This document shows positions 1 to 8,619 of a DNA stretch of 27,642 nt, piece by piece; the stretch's first letter is position 1, and each line of letters opens with the position of its first letter. The translations under genes were made by a program, and so were the position numbers. Source of the DNA: a virus (Duplodnaviria; Caudoviricetes); IMG/VR virus record IMGVR_UViG_3300020045_005617, positions 1 to 27,642 of that record, one strand, 5' to 3'. Under the pieces are notes generated by a model. It saw only the letters and a program-made list of their open reading frames with translations. It ran no database searches and was not told where the DNA came from.

Positions 1-99
1 AATCTAACGCTTTCAAACTCTACAATGTCTATTAAGGATTGGTCTATTCCTGCACCATCCTGAAGCACATCGTAAATACCACCACCGCCTGACGAAATT

Positions 100-637
100 A
101 AGAACTGCAAATAGTAATGGAAATTACGAAGTTAAACAAATCGACAGATCAGGATTAAATAACTTATTGGTTTTAGATTTAAATGGCGTTGCTCAGGCGG
201 GTGTTCAGGGATCAGTAAATTCAGAATTAAAAATAGTTAGTTTTGCAGCAGATCAGTCTTCTGTTTTTAACACAGATTCTTATTTTCAAATGTCTGGTTG
301 CCCAGATGGCACGTTTAATAAGAATGATATAAAATTCCCATACAGTGTGATCGAAGTAAATCGTGGTGGTGGGGCAAACTTCAATGTAGTGATTAAGGAA
401 ATAGATGGGGTGCCACATTTATCACCAGCGGGTTTTGTTATCATGTCCGCTAAATCTATATTCACTACAGAATTAGTTTTAGCAGCCGATGCTACTGCTC
501 TAGAGGGTGATATGTGGGTGGGTGATGAATATACTAACTTCGTGGGTGGTAATATTTTAGATGGTGAATTACTAGGATTTTACTTTAAAGATATGCAATT
601 CGGTAACCCAGAAAACTTTTCAGCGATACTTTATTAA
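100..637 (+). CDS. Tail-module/structural protein, C-terminal part (5' end uncertain)
   Basis: Frame is open from position 8 and protein-like from about 100 (TANSNGNYEVKQIDRSGLNNLLVLDLNGVAQAG). The TTG at 167 has no SD. The stop is followed by the AAGGAG RBS of the next gene. Confidence 0.55.
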
Positions 638-646
638 GGAGAATTT

Positions 647-1414
647 ATGAGTACATTAATTCCAGTTTATCAAAATGTAGAAGTAATAACCACAAGCGGG
701 TCTTGGGTATCACCTTCGGATTGCGTTGAAGCAATCATTATTGGTTCGGGCGGTTCAGGTGGTGGTGGTGGCGGGGCGAGTGGATCTGGTGGCGGTGGTG
801 GTGGTGGTGGTGGGGTAGCTGGTACAGCCGGGGCAGCTGGAAATAATGGATCAACGGGTGGGACTGGTGGAACATCATCAATTGTCGGTGGGACAAATAA
901 CCCGATAAATTTATCTTACGCAGGAGCTGCGGGCGGCGGCGGTGGTGGTGCGCGGGCTGGCGGTGCTGGCGGTAATTCCGCTGGAGGTAGTGGAGATTCT
1001 GGATTATCAGGAGACCCGGGTGGAAATGCATTGAGTACGCTTGGGGCAGTGGGTGGTAATTACTCTTTTTGGCGTCAAGGTAAGGGTGGATCGACTTCAA
1101 CTGCTGGTGCCTCTGGTTCTGCTGGTATTGGTAGTGGTGGAACTTTGGGTGGCGGCGGTGGTGGTGCAAGTAGTGGAAGCGGAGGTCATGGTGGGGACGC
1201 GCTAGGAAAATCTAGCTTTAATAAAATTGACCCGGGACAAACTTACACAATTACAATTGGAGCAGCTGGTGCGGCTGGCGGTGGCGGTGGGCCTTCCGTT
1301 GGCGGTACTGGTCCACTAGGCGCTGGGATAGGTGGATCTGGAGCGGCTGGCGGCTATGGCGGAGCCGGGGCATCTGGTTTTATCGTGATTATGTGGAATG
1401 GTTCGCCAACTTAA
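647..1414 (+). CDS. Glycine-rich tail-associated protein
   Basis: AAGGAG RBS. ITTSGSWVSP...IIGSGGSGGGG start, PGQTYTITIGAAGAAGGGG and GGAGASGFIVIMW end, typical of phage glycine-rich domain proteins. Confidence 0.8.
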   Translation: MSTLIPVYQNVEVITTSGSWVSPSDCVEAIIIGSGGSGGGGGGASGSGGGGGGGGGVAGTAGAAGNNGSTGGTGGTSSIVGGTNNPINLSYAGAAGGGGGGARAGGAGGNSAGGSGDSGLSGDPGGNALSTLGAVGGNYSFWRQGKGGSTSTAGASGSAGIGSGGTLGGGGGGASSGSGGHGGDALGKSSFNKIDPGQTYTITIGAAGAAGGGGGPSVGGTGPLGAGIGGSGAAGGYGGAGASGFIVIMWNGSPT

Positions 1415-1432
1415 TTTAAAAGGAGAAAAAAT

Positions 1433-1777
1433 ATGTATGCACTTTTTGTAAACGATGAGTTTAAAACGATAATGCTGAACGCAAGCCCGACAAAGGCTGA
1501 AATTGAGAGGCAAATTAAGGCTATTGACGAATCTATAAAGCCTGCTGATTGTACTGTGATTGAATACAATTCTGACTTTTCACCGGATCAAAATTTCATC
1601 TTTAACTCTAATAAAGATCTTTTAACTTGCACGATGGTTAAGGAAGAAATTGCTATCGGGGTAACAGAAGATCTTATTCCTATTGCGATTCTCTCTGAGA
1701 AAAAAGTTGCAACAGTGACAGGCACAATAGGAATTTTAAGAACCGTTTATGATAACGGTGCAATTGTAGTCGAATAA
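1433..1777 (+). CDS. Hypothetical protein (tail-associated)
   Basis: AAGGAG RBS, 114 aa, operon context. Confidence 0.7.
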   Translation: MYALFVNDEFKTIMLNASPTKAEIERQIKAIDESIKPADCTVIEYNSDFSPDQNFIFNSNKDLLTCTMVKEEIAIGVTEDLIPIAILSEKKVATVTGTIGILRTVYDNGAIVVE

Positions 1778-1790
1778 AAAGGAGAATAAT

Positions 1791-1940
1791 ATGTTGATAG
1801 TAATGTTTTTAATTGGTGCGTTTAATGGTTCAATTGTCTCAAGACAGATTTCGTATTGCGAATGTTTTCGTGATGACTTTAAGGGCGCTTACTGCGAATC
1901 CATTAAAGGAAAAGGCCTTCAAGGATCATGTCAAAAATAG
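1791..1940 (+). CDS. Small 49-aa Cys-containing protein with hydrophobic N-terminus (not in ORF track)
   Basis: AAGGAG RBS, then MLIVMFLIGAFNGSIVSRQISYCECFRDDFKGAYCESIKGKGLQGSCQK*. Fills the gap and overlaps the next start. Confidence 0.65.
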   Translation: MLIVMFLIGAFNGSIVSRQISYCECFRDDFKGAYCESIKGKGLQGSCQK

Positions 1941-2212
1941 ATATAGTTCAAATGACAGACCGTCGAAAGATGCTAATTCTTGAGTTAGCAGACGGTTATC
2001 CGCCAGCCTTTAGATACATTCATATTCTTGAGGAGCAAAAGTATCGTGAGGAAATTTATGCGTGGTTTATTTCAAATGAAATTAAAGGTCGTAAGTTTGT
2101 TGAATTCTGGAATGAAAGAAATAATTCAAAGCTTCAAGTGGTTCGTGATTCTTTATCTAAGGTGATGAAAAAGAGATTAAGTGCAATGGACATTCTTGGT
2201 TTGAGGCGATGA
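1928..2212 (+). CDS. Hypothetical protein
   Basis: 94 aa, ATGA overlap with the next gene. Confidence 0.65.
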   Translation: MSKIDIVQMTDRRKMLILELADGYPPAFRYIHILEEQKYREEIYAWFISNEIKGRKFVEFWNERNNSKLQVVRDSLSKVMKKRLSAMDILGLRR

Positions 2213-2619
2213 ACCGAATTAAGGATTACGCAAAGGACGAAGCGAAAGACAGGCTCATATATCTTTCACCAGCGGCGATGATGCTTCTTTGTGATGTTAT
2301 TTTATGGTGCGAACAAAAGCAGTTATCATGCCAATTCACAAGTGCGTTTAGCGATTTTACAGAAGACCAAGCGCTTAATCGTATAAGTTCGACCCACCGC
2401 GAGGGAAGGGCATTTGACCTCTCTACCAGGGGCTGGGGCAGGGAAACTATTCTAGAATGTAAGCGTATTTTTACCGCTAAATATAGGACAATTTCAGCAA
2501 TTGATGAACATAAGGAGCCCCGCCTGTGCGTGATCCATGATGCGGGAAGCGGTGAACATATTCATTTCCAAGTCCATCCGAGGTATGCGATGCTAGGTAA
2601 AATCTTCAACAAAATTTGA
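2209..2619 (+). CDS. Peptidase M15-like Zn endopeptidase (probable endolysin)
   Basis: STHREGRAFD (H-x6-D) and EHIHFQ (HxH) LAS-type motifs; precedes membrane and spanin-like genes. Confidence 0.8.
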   Translation: MNRIKDYAKDEAKDRLIYLSPAAMMLLCDVILWCEQKQLSCQFTSAFSDFTEDQALNRISSTHREGRAFDLSTRGWGRETILECKRIFTAKYRTISAIDEHKEPRLCVIHDAGSGEHIHFQVHPRYAMLGKIFNKI

Positions 2620-2663
2620 CAGTGTCAACGTTTTAGGATGAAGCTTATAAACAAGGAGAAACC

Positions 2664-3068
2664 ATGAACTCAATTTCAAAAACACAACGGACTTTTACTT
2701 TCGTTATTCTAACAACAATCGCGGCATTACTTTTTTTCACAATTAAGGCGATCGCTCAGGATAATTCTTTGCCACCATCTCAGACTGAGTGGACAGCATT
2801 TTTTGATTCGCTGAAGGGTTTGGGCGGCATGAAGGCTGCTGCAATTATTTTAGTAGCCGTTCAGGGCATTATGTTGGTTGTTCGTCAATTCATCCAAGGT
2901 AAATGGAAGCTTTTAATTGTTAGTGCGTTGACTTTTGTCGCTGCAATTATCGGTGGTTTCGCTTCTGGACAACCTATCATGTCGGCCTTGTTATCGGGTG
3001 GGGCATTATTGAGTTTACAAGTATTCATTAGCCAGATTGTTTTACAATTTCAGAAGAAAGAAGTCTAA
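2664..3068 (+). CDS. Multi-pass membrane protein, holin-like
   Basis: AAGGAG RBS, 3-4 hydrophobic segments, basic C-terminus, adjacent to the endolysin. Confidence 0.6.
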   Translation: MNSISKTQRTFTFVILTTIAALLFFTIKAIAQDNSLPPSQTEWTAFFDSLKGLGGMKAAAIILVAVQGIMLVVRQFIQGKWKLLIVSALTFVAAIIGGFASGQPIMSALLSGGALLSLQVFISQIVLQFQKKEV

Positions 3069-3287
3069 ATGACTGTCGCTGCTTTTTTTACAGGTCTATT
3101 TGCAATCTTTGAAGCTGTCCCGATTATTCGGGATGGCTTCAGGGCAGCGCTTGCGAGTTATTATCAAAAAAAGGTTGATGCCGCCGTGATTCTTCGGAGT
3201 CATGGGGTAGAGGAGTTACAAAATGCAAAGACACCAATTGAAGTTCAGCAAGCTCTTGGCAATATTGTTCGTGGTCGCGCTTTGTAG
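3069..3287 (+). CDS. Membrane-anchored protein, i-spanin-like
   Basis: N-terminal hydrophobic segment then a helical region; overlaps the lipoprotein gene. Confidence 0.45.
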   Translation: MTVAAFFTGLFAIFEAVPIIRDGFRAALASYYQKKVDAAVILRSHGVEELQNAKTPIEVQQALGNIVRGRAL

Positions 3288-3597
3288 TTGCGCTATTCCT
3301 AAACGGCCTCGCGGTGAGGTTTGTGCTATCGTAGCAACCACTCAAGAATGCGCTTGCGTAGACTCCGAGACTGGCGATGCGACGACAATTAGGCCGATCG
3401 ATCAATCAGCAGAATCGTGCGGAGGTTACATCGCAGTTTCTCCGCAATACTATCTAGCTATGGAAGCGTGGATTCAAGAATTGATTACAAGAATTAGAAG
3501 CCTTCCCATTAGAAAGCAAATCGCGTTGGGTGTAAAAAAAACCCATGACATCGTAGAGGCCGCAAAAACGAACGCGACGGCCAATGAAATACGCTAA
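3223..3597 (+). CDS. Lipoprotein, o-spanin-like
   Basis: AGAGGAG RBS inside the previous gene; signal peptide with lipobox (VVALCSC); 65-bp out-of-frame overlap as in overlapped spanins. Confidence 0.55.
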   Translation: MQRHQLKFSKLLAILFVVALCSCAIPKRPRGEVCAIVATTQECACVDSETGDATTIRPIDQSAESCGGYIAVSPQYYLAMEAWIQELITRIRSLPIRKQIALGVKKTHDIVEAAKTNATANEIR

Positions 3598-4063
3598 TCG
3601 TAAACGTGGGAAACTCGCAAAGAGCCGTGGAGACATATTCGAGACTGAGATTAATCTTTCTTGCTATATAAATGGCGCTTCACCAATTCAAATTCCTTCT
3701 GGCTGTAAATGGCGAAAGACACCAACAGGCGTTCGAGCTGTTCCAGAAAAAACGCCTTTTGATTTTGTGATTGCCCTTCATGGTAAATGCGCTTTCTTTG
3801 ACGCAAAAAGCACCGACGCAGTGGGTTTTGGATTTTCTCTTATTAAGCCCCACCAAGTGGCGAAACTTTTAGAACTAGAAAGACAGGGATTTAATAGTGG
3901 ATACTTAATCAAGTTCACAAAGTTTGACAGCCAGATAGCATTTTTTACATCATCGCAATTGATAAAACTTAAACCTCGTGAGAGCCTTAAATTAGAAGAT
4001 GGCGCGATTCATTTCGGGACAGATCTAAAAAGTTCATTATTACGCATCTTCGTGAAAGGCTAA
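3584..4063 (+). CDS. RecU-like Holliday junction resolvase (PD-(D/E)xK)
   Basis: RGDIFETEI...PFDF...FFDAKST...IKPHQ matches the RecU motif series. Confidence 0.75.
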   Translation: MKYANRKRGKLAKSRGDIFETEINLSCYINGASPIQIPSGCKWRKTPTGVRAVPEKTPFDFVIALHGKCAFFDAKSTDAVGFGFSLIKPHQVAKLLELERQGFNSGYLIKFTKFDSQIAFFTSSQLIKLKPRESLKLEDGAIHFGTDLKSSLLRIFVKG

Positions 4064-4067
4064 ACCC

Positions 4068-4343
4068 TTGAGCACTGAAAAAAAACCTGCTAATTTTGAG
4101 AAGCAGCATCCCAATTTCTCGTTATTTTTCGATAAGGTCGCTTGGGGAGCAATAACTTTAATCTCTCTTTATGCCTCACGTCAGTTAGAAAATATGAATT
4201 CTAGCATTAATCGTCTGAATGAAAACGTGGCAGTAGTGATAAATAAAATTCAAGTGCTAGATCAGCGTTCCGGTGAGTTTAGCGCGCGTTTAGACAAGCA
4301 AAGCGATCGAATCGAGCAATTAGAAAAGCGGTCGGGGCGGTAG
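4068..4343 (+). CDS. Single-TM coiled-coil protein
   Basis: TM segment VAWGAITLISLYA followed by a heptad coil ending RIEQLEK. Confidence 0.6.
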   Translation: MSTEKKPANFEKQHPNFSLFFDKVAWGAITLISLYASRQLENMNSSINRLNENVAVVINKIQVLDQRSGEFSARLDKQSDRIEQLEKRSGR

Positions 4344-4360
4344 CGAACCGCCCATTCTCT
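4335..4360 (+). terminator. GC-rich hairpin at end of lysis operon (possible terminator)
   Basis: GGGCGGT-agcga-ACCGCCC (4335-4353); weak U tail (ATTCTCT). Confidence 0.45.
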
Positions 4361-4466
4361 CCCTCCACATTGGATAGAACTTTCGACCTAAACTAAGTGT
4401 CCCTTATTTGACAGCTATTCTCAATTAAAAATCCGGTTTATCCTTTTATCAAAGGGGAATCCTAAA

Positions 4467-4814
4467 ATGCCTAATCCAAATAGAATGAAACCATTATTCA
4501 ACGGCGGATCACAAAGTGCGAGCGGAGACTTTTCGTCTGACCCGATCGACACAAGTGGTCTTGATAGACTTTTTATTGCATTAAGGACTGCTGATGCGAT
4601 GACTGGTGTTTTAAAAATCCAAGCATCTCTTACGCCACTGGATCTTACCTCTTGGGGTGATCTTGAAGACGTTGATCAATCGGTCGATGGTGTGAAAACT
4701 ATTTACAATTGGAACCTCGCCGAACTTGGTATGAGATTTATAAGAATAAATTTTACTCATTCGGGTGGCACTGGTGTCTTTGCTGGTGACTACAACGAAG
4801 TTGATGACCGATAA
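4467..4814 (+). CDS. Small beta-rich structural protein heading the fibre cluster
   Basis: AAGGGG RBS; alternating beta patterns (GVLKIQAS, RFIRINFTH). Confidence 0.6.
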   Translation: MPNPNRMKPLFNGGSQSASGDFSSDPIDTSGLDRLFIALRTADAMTGVLKIQASLTPLDLTSWGDLEDVDQSVDGVKTIYNWNLAELGMRFIRINFTHSGGTGVFAGDYNEVDDR

Positions 4815-4826
4815 AAAGGAACTTGA

Positions 4827-7694
4827 ATGTCAGGCATAACTAAATTTTGGCCTGTTAGAAATGTTGTTGGCGGTGGTGGAACCGCGACAGCAATTCAAGT
4901 TGGTTTCACTCAGGTGCTCGGCGGAAATCCCGACGAGATAGTTTACATCGGTCCAACAGGATTAGTGCAAACTGACTCTTTGGCGGTTCGTTCTGGATTA
5001 ACAACAGATACTTTCATACAAAAAGTTAACGGCATTTCAAATCAAGATTATACTCTTCATCTTGGTGACTATTCTGGCTCAATTGGTTTCGATGTTGCTG
5101 CTCTAATCTTTTTCGATAATAATACAATCGCTGACGGCTCAATTGGTGTAACGGATGCTTCATCCATTGGTGGCACACCGGGAGTTGGTGGCTCCATTAT
5201 ATCGACCACGGATGGCGTTAATAGAGATGCAACCATGCTTTCTATTGGTGACACTGGTTTCAATTTCGGCGTAAATGATGCGGCTACATTAGAATCCGCA
5301 GGATTATTATTATCGTTAGGTATTGGTTCAGCGCTTTCGTATACAGATGGAATTTTTGGTAGCAGAGGATTTATCTCTTCGGCATTCGGGGTTTCATGGG
5401 GTGAATTTTCAGTTGGTACTTTTGAATTACCACTAACTCTTCCTGCTGTTGGCGATGTTCTTGGTGCTCCAGTTGCTGGTGGTTATGGTCAATGCGTTTG
5501 GGTACCAGGTAGTGGAAGTGGTGTAACTATTGGTGGAGCGGTAAGTGGCGGGACTGCTGATGAAGTGCTCTATACAAATTCATTGGTTCAAACAGATTCA
5601 GATCCAGAATTTTTAAGATCAGACGTTGACCATTCTTTTTTAATTTCATCCACACTTCTTAGTCCTGGTTTTGTTACCGCAATCGCATCGGGTTCCTATG
5701 CAACTGGACTCGATTTAATTTTAGCTAATTTCGACCAGCCTAATAATACAGGTTCCTTCAATAGGTTAGAGGTGAACAGACAGCTTATTTCTGTCACCGC
5801 ATTAAACTCTCCAAACAATATTGGTGCATTTATTGATTTAGATTTAAGCGTACCGAACAAAGCAATGATCGGATATGTTGATGCGGCGGCAAACGTAACA
5901 AGTTTTTCCCAATTTAATACTACGAGTGCAAACTTAACACATAGATATAATATAAATACTTCATCAGATAATTCTGTAATCGTTGAAGCGTCCGGCGTAT
6001 CGATGAAGTCAGACATTCCAATTGGTGCCGACTCTGTAGGATTCCAAATTGATTGGATCGCACAGACTTACGGTATGGGCGACCTTTCTAATGATGTGAA
6101 TGGTTGGGGTCACCTAACTAGTGTCACGACTAGGTCTTTTCTTGGGGGCGACATTGGCGGCCAAACCTCGGGATACGCATTTGGCGTATTTGATATTACG
6201 CAAATCGCAGCCATTGGTGATGTCCCCGGTAATTCAAGCGGTAACGTTCTTTATATGGACGGTATTCAGAGACTTGCAACGCATTTCTCAAAGCACATGG
6301 TCGTCGTTACTGGTGAGACATTTATTGGTGGTGGTTTAGACGATGCTACTTACGGCGGAGATTATGTTGGTCAGACCGCAAAAACTTACACAGTGACGAT
6401 TGACTCAACGGGTACGCCAGACACTTTTCAATGGGATGACGGTGGTGCTCCAACTACTTTAGTTCCTATTACTGGCGCAGCCCAGACACTATCCGACGGG
6501 GTTACAATTCAATTTGGCGCGACAACGGGTCATACGCTAACTGATTCATGGACAATCACTTTAGATAATCCGCAAGGCGCTGGGTTACTTTTAGATTATT
6601 CTCTCAATGCTTTCGGATTGGGCGACATGCTCGACTCTTGGAAAAAAACAAAGCTAGTCTGTGATGACGAAAATAGAACGGTCTTTGCTTACGGTGATGA
6701 TGGAACAAATAATGCATTAATGCTCGGAGTGAATGCTGATGCTGATATCAACTTAATGAAAACTTTCATTGGTTGGGGTGCTCTTACTAATGAAACAACT
6801 GGGCAAAGAAACGTGTCTGGTGGACCAGGCAGTTCAACTGCAATTTCAGACGGAGACGATAATACTTTTTGGGGATTCGCTTCTGGTGGTGCCGGAATTC
6901 AAACCGGAGTATCTAGAAATACAGGTATCGGTAAAGAAGCCGGGTATAATCTAGGGCAAGATTCAACCGATAACACCATGCTCGGTTTTAAAGCAAAGGT
7001 TAATGGGACTGGAAAAACTGGATCGATTGCCGTAGGTTCGGAAAGTTTTTGTAACGATTCAGGTCAGTTCGTATCGGGTTCGAACGCATTCCCAATAGAA
7101 AATTATTATTTCGGTGGAGGCATCATCGATTCTGGTGCTGGTGGATACCAAGTAAATTTAAGGTTCTCAAATTCTGGGTCAGGGGTAGATCAACAATCAA
7201 GCCAAATAGGTATTTTGTCCGGGGACACCACAGGGATTCGTGACGGGGTTTTAGTTGTTTACATGGCTAAAAGCGGCGTTACTGGAAGCACTGTAAACTC
7301 AGCCGCTGCTAACGAAAAACTGAGAATTAATGGGGACTCAATAAATATCAATGGCGGATTGGTGATGGCTCAAAATAGCCCAAGCAGCTCACCAAGTTTT
7401 GCGTATGGGTCTACGTTCACTACCAAGCGAGATGTTTGGCATTATTGGTCTGATGGCACCGGTAGCGGCGCAACTACGATAAATCTTTCAGCAACGTCCG
7501 GACAAGTTTTTGTGATAAGTGACTCGGGCGGGAATTCTTCTACACATGCAATTACGATTGATTCTGGTTCGGGGAATTTAATTTACGTTAACGGCGCTAC
7601 TCCAGCACAAACCTATGTGTTAAATCAAGATTACGGTTCGGTAACATTGCATTTCTTTGGTGGCCCAGGCGCCAATGATTGGATGGTGATCTAA
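4827..7694 (+). CDS. Large fibre/adhesin-like virion protein 1 (955 aa)
   Basis: G/S/T/D-rich and beta-rich; autotransporter-head-like repeats (NTFWGFASG, NTGIGKEAG, NTMLGFKA); C-terminal AITID...TYVLNQDYGSVTL module. Confidence 0.7.
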   Translation: MSGITKFWPVRNVVGGGGTATAIQVGFTQVLGGNPDEIVYIGPTGLVQTDSLAVRSGLTTDTFIQKVNGISNQDYTLHLGDYSGSIGFDVAALIFFDNNTIADGSIGVTDASSIGGTPGVGGSIISTTDGVNRDATMLSIGDTGFNFGVNDAATLESAGLLLSLGIGSALSYTDGIFGSRGFISSAFGVSWGEFSVGTFELPLTLPAVGDVLGAPVAGGYGQCVWVPGSGSGVTIGGAVSGGTADEVLYTNSLVQTDSDPEFLRSDVDHSFLISSTLLSPGFVTAIASGSYATGLDLILANFDQPNNTGSFNRLEVNRQLISVTALNSPNNIGAFIDLDLSVPNKAMIGYVDAAANVTSFSQFNTTSANLTHRYNINTSSDNSVIVEASGVSMKSDIPIGADSVGFQIDWIAQTYGMGDLSNDVNGWGHLTSVTTRSFLGGDIGGQTSGYAFGVFDITQIAAIGDVPGNSSGNVLYMDGIQRLATHFSKHMVVVTGETFIGGGLDDATYGGDYVGQTAKTYTVTIDSTGTPDTFQWDDGGAPTTLVPITGAAQTLSDGVTIQFGATTGHTLTDSWTITLDNPQGAGLLLDYSLNAFGLGDMLDSWKKTKLVCDDENRTVFAYGDDGTNNALMLGVNADADINLMKTFIGWGALTNETTGQRNVSGGPGSSTAISDGDDNTFWGFASGGAGIQTGVSRNTGIGKEAGYNLGQDSTDNTMLGFKAKVNGTGKTGSIAVGSESFCNDSGQFVSGSNAFPIENYYFGGGIIDSGAGGYQVNLRFSNSGSGVDQQSSQIGILSGDTTGIRDGVLVVYMAKSGVTGSTVNSAAANEKLRINGDSININGGLVMAQNSPSSSPSFAYGSTFTTKRDVWHYWSDGTGSGATTINLSATSGQVFVISDSGGNSSTHAITIDSGSGNLIYVNGATPAQTYVLNQDYGSVTLHFFGGPGANDWMVI

Positions 7695-8182
7695 TGAGTG
7701 CTTTAAATTTTAGACAACCTTACGCATACATTTCATCTAATGTAACTCAAGCAATCGACGACACTACCCTTGCACAAGCGGTGACATTTGAAATTAATAA
7801 TGCTTTAAATAAATTCACCCACTCTACGAGCGTTAATCCAGAACGCCTTTACGCCGATGATGATGGAACATATTTATTTACCGTTACGGGTCAATTAGAT
7901 TTATCCGCTGGCGCATCCCAAACATTAGATATGTGGTGGAGAGTTAATGGAACTGATGTTGCATATTCTAATAATAGTTCGTTCGTAACTAATCCGGGTG
8001 ATTTAAGAGTTTTAACAAAGGCAGAGTTACTAGTAGATTTAAACCGTGGGGATTATGTTGAGTGCGTGATGTCTGGAAGTTCAATTAGTTTAAGACTGCT
8101 AACCGTGGCAGCTGGGGTTACTCCGACAAGACCAGCGATTCCTTCAGTAGAAATAGTGGCTGTAAGAGTATCGGTAACATAG
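7694..8182 (+). CDS. C1q/BclA-C-terminal-like beta-sandwich protein
   Basis: Likely start is ATG 7694 overlapping the upstream TAA; DDGTYLFTVTGQL...MWWRVNGTDV...DLNRGDYVE pattern. Confidence 0.6.
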   Translation: MSALNFRQPYAYISSNVTQAIDDTTLAQAVTFEINNALNKFTHSTSVNPERLYADDDGTYLFTVTGQLDLSAGASQTLDMWWRVNGTDVAYSNNSSFVTNPGDLRVLTKAELLVDLNRGDYVECVMSGSSISLRLLTVAAGVTPTRPAIPSVEIVAVRVSVT

Positions 8183-8190
8183 AGAATAAT

Positions 8191-8619
8191 ATGAGTGATA
8201 AAATAAGGTTTCTTAAAACATTAAAAGAGCGAGCAGAAAAAAAAGAGGGTCAATTCAAACCTATTGATTTCCATTTTCTTAATCCAATTAAGCAATCGTC
8301 GTCTGACTCAGAAATTCTTTCTATTAAACCATCCTCTAAAAAAGAAGACAGTCAACCCGTGGAGCGAATTAAGGCCGAGAAAATATTTAATCCAGACCTA
8401 TTGCCAGACCATAAATTGTTAAAGAAACAAAGAGTAAATAAGATACGAGTTAACAAATTAGAAATGAATTTAAGCTCAATTGAAAATAAATTTTCTCTTT
8501 TGAATAGTAAAATAAATAACCACAGAAACGATAATAGAGTTGCTACCAAAGATAAAGTTAGGGAGAGAAAAGTACCCGCAGATCATAAACCAGACGACAA
8601 GAAGGATAAAAAACCATGA
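8191..8619 (+). CDS. Lys-rich hypothetical protein with coiled coil
   Basis: 142 aa, ATGA overlap with the next gene. Confidence 0.55.
   Translation: MSDKIRFLKTLKERAEKKEGQFKPIDFHFLNPIKQSSSDSEILSIKPSSKKEDSQPVERIKAEKIFNPDLLPDHKLLKKQRVNKIRVNKLEMNLSSIENKFSLLNSKINNHRNDNRVATKDKVRERKVPADHKPDDKKDKKP

Noticed and set aside
755-815. (GGT)n microsatellite-like runs
   Set aside because: Fully explained by poly-Gly coding; no sign of phase variation.
738-1169. His-rich 143-aa minus-strand ORF
   Set aside because: Antisense shadow of GGT/GGC codon runs in the glycine-rich gene.
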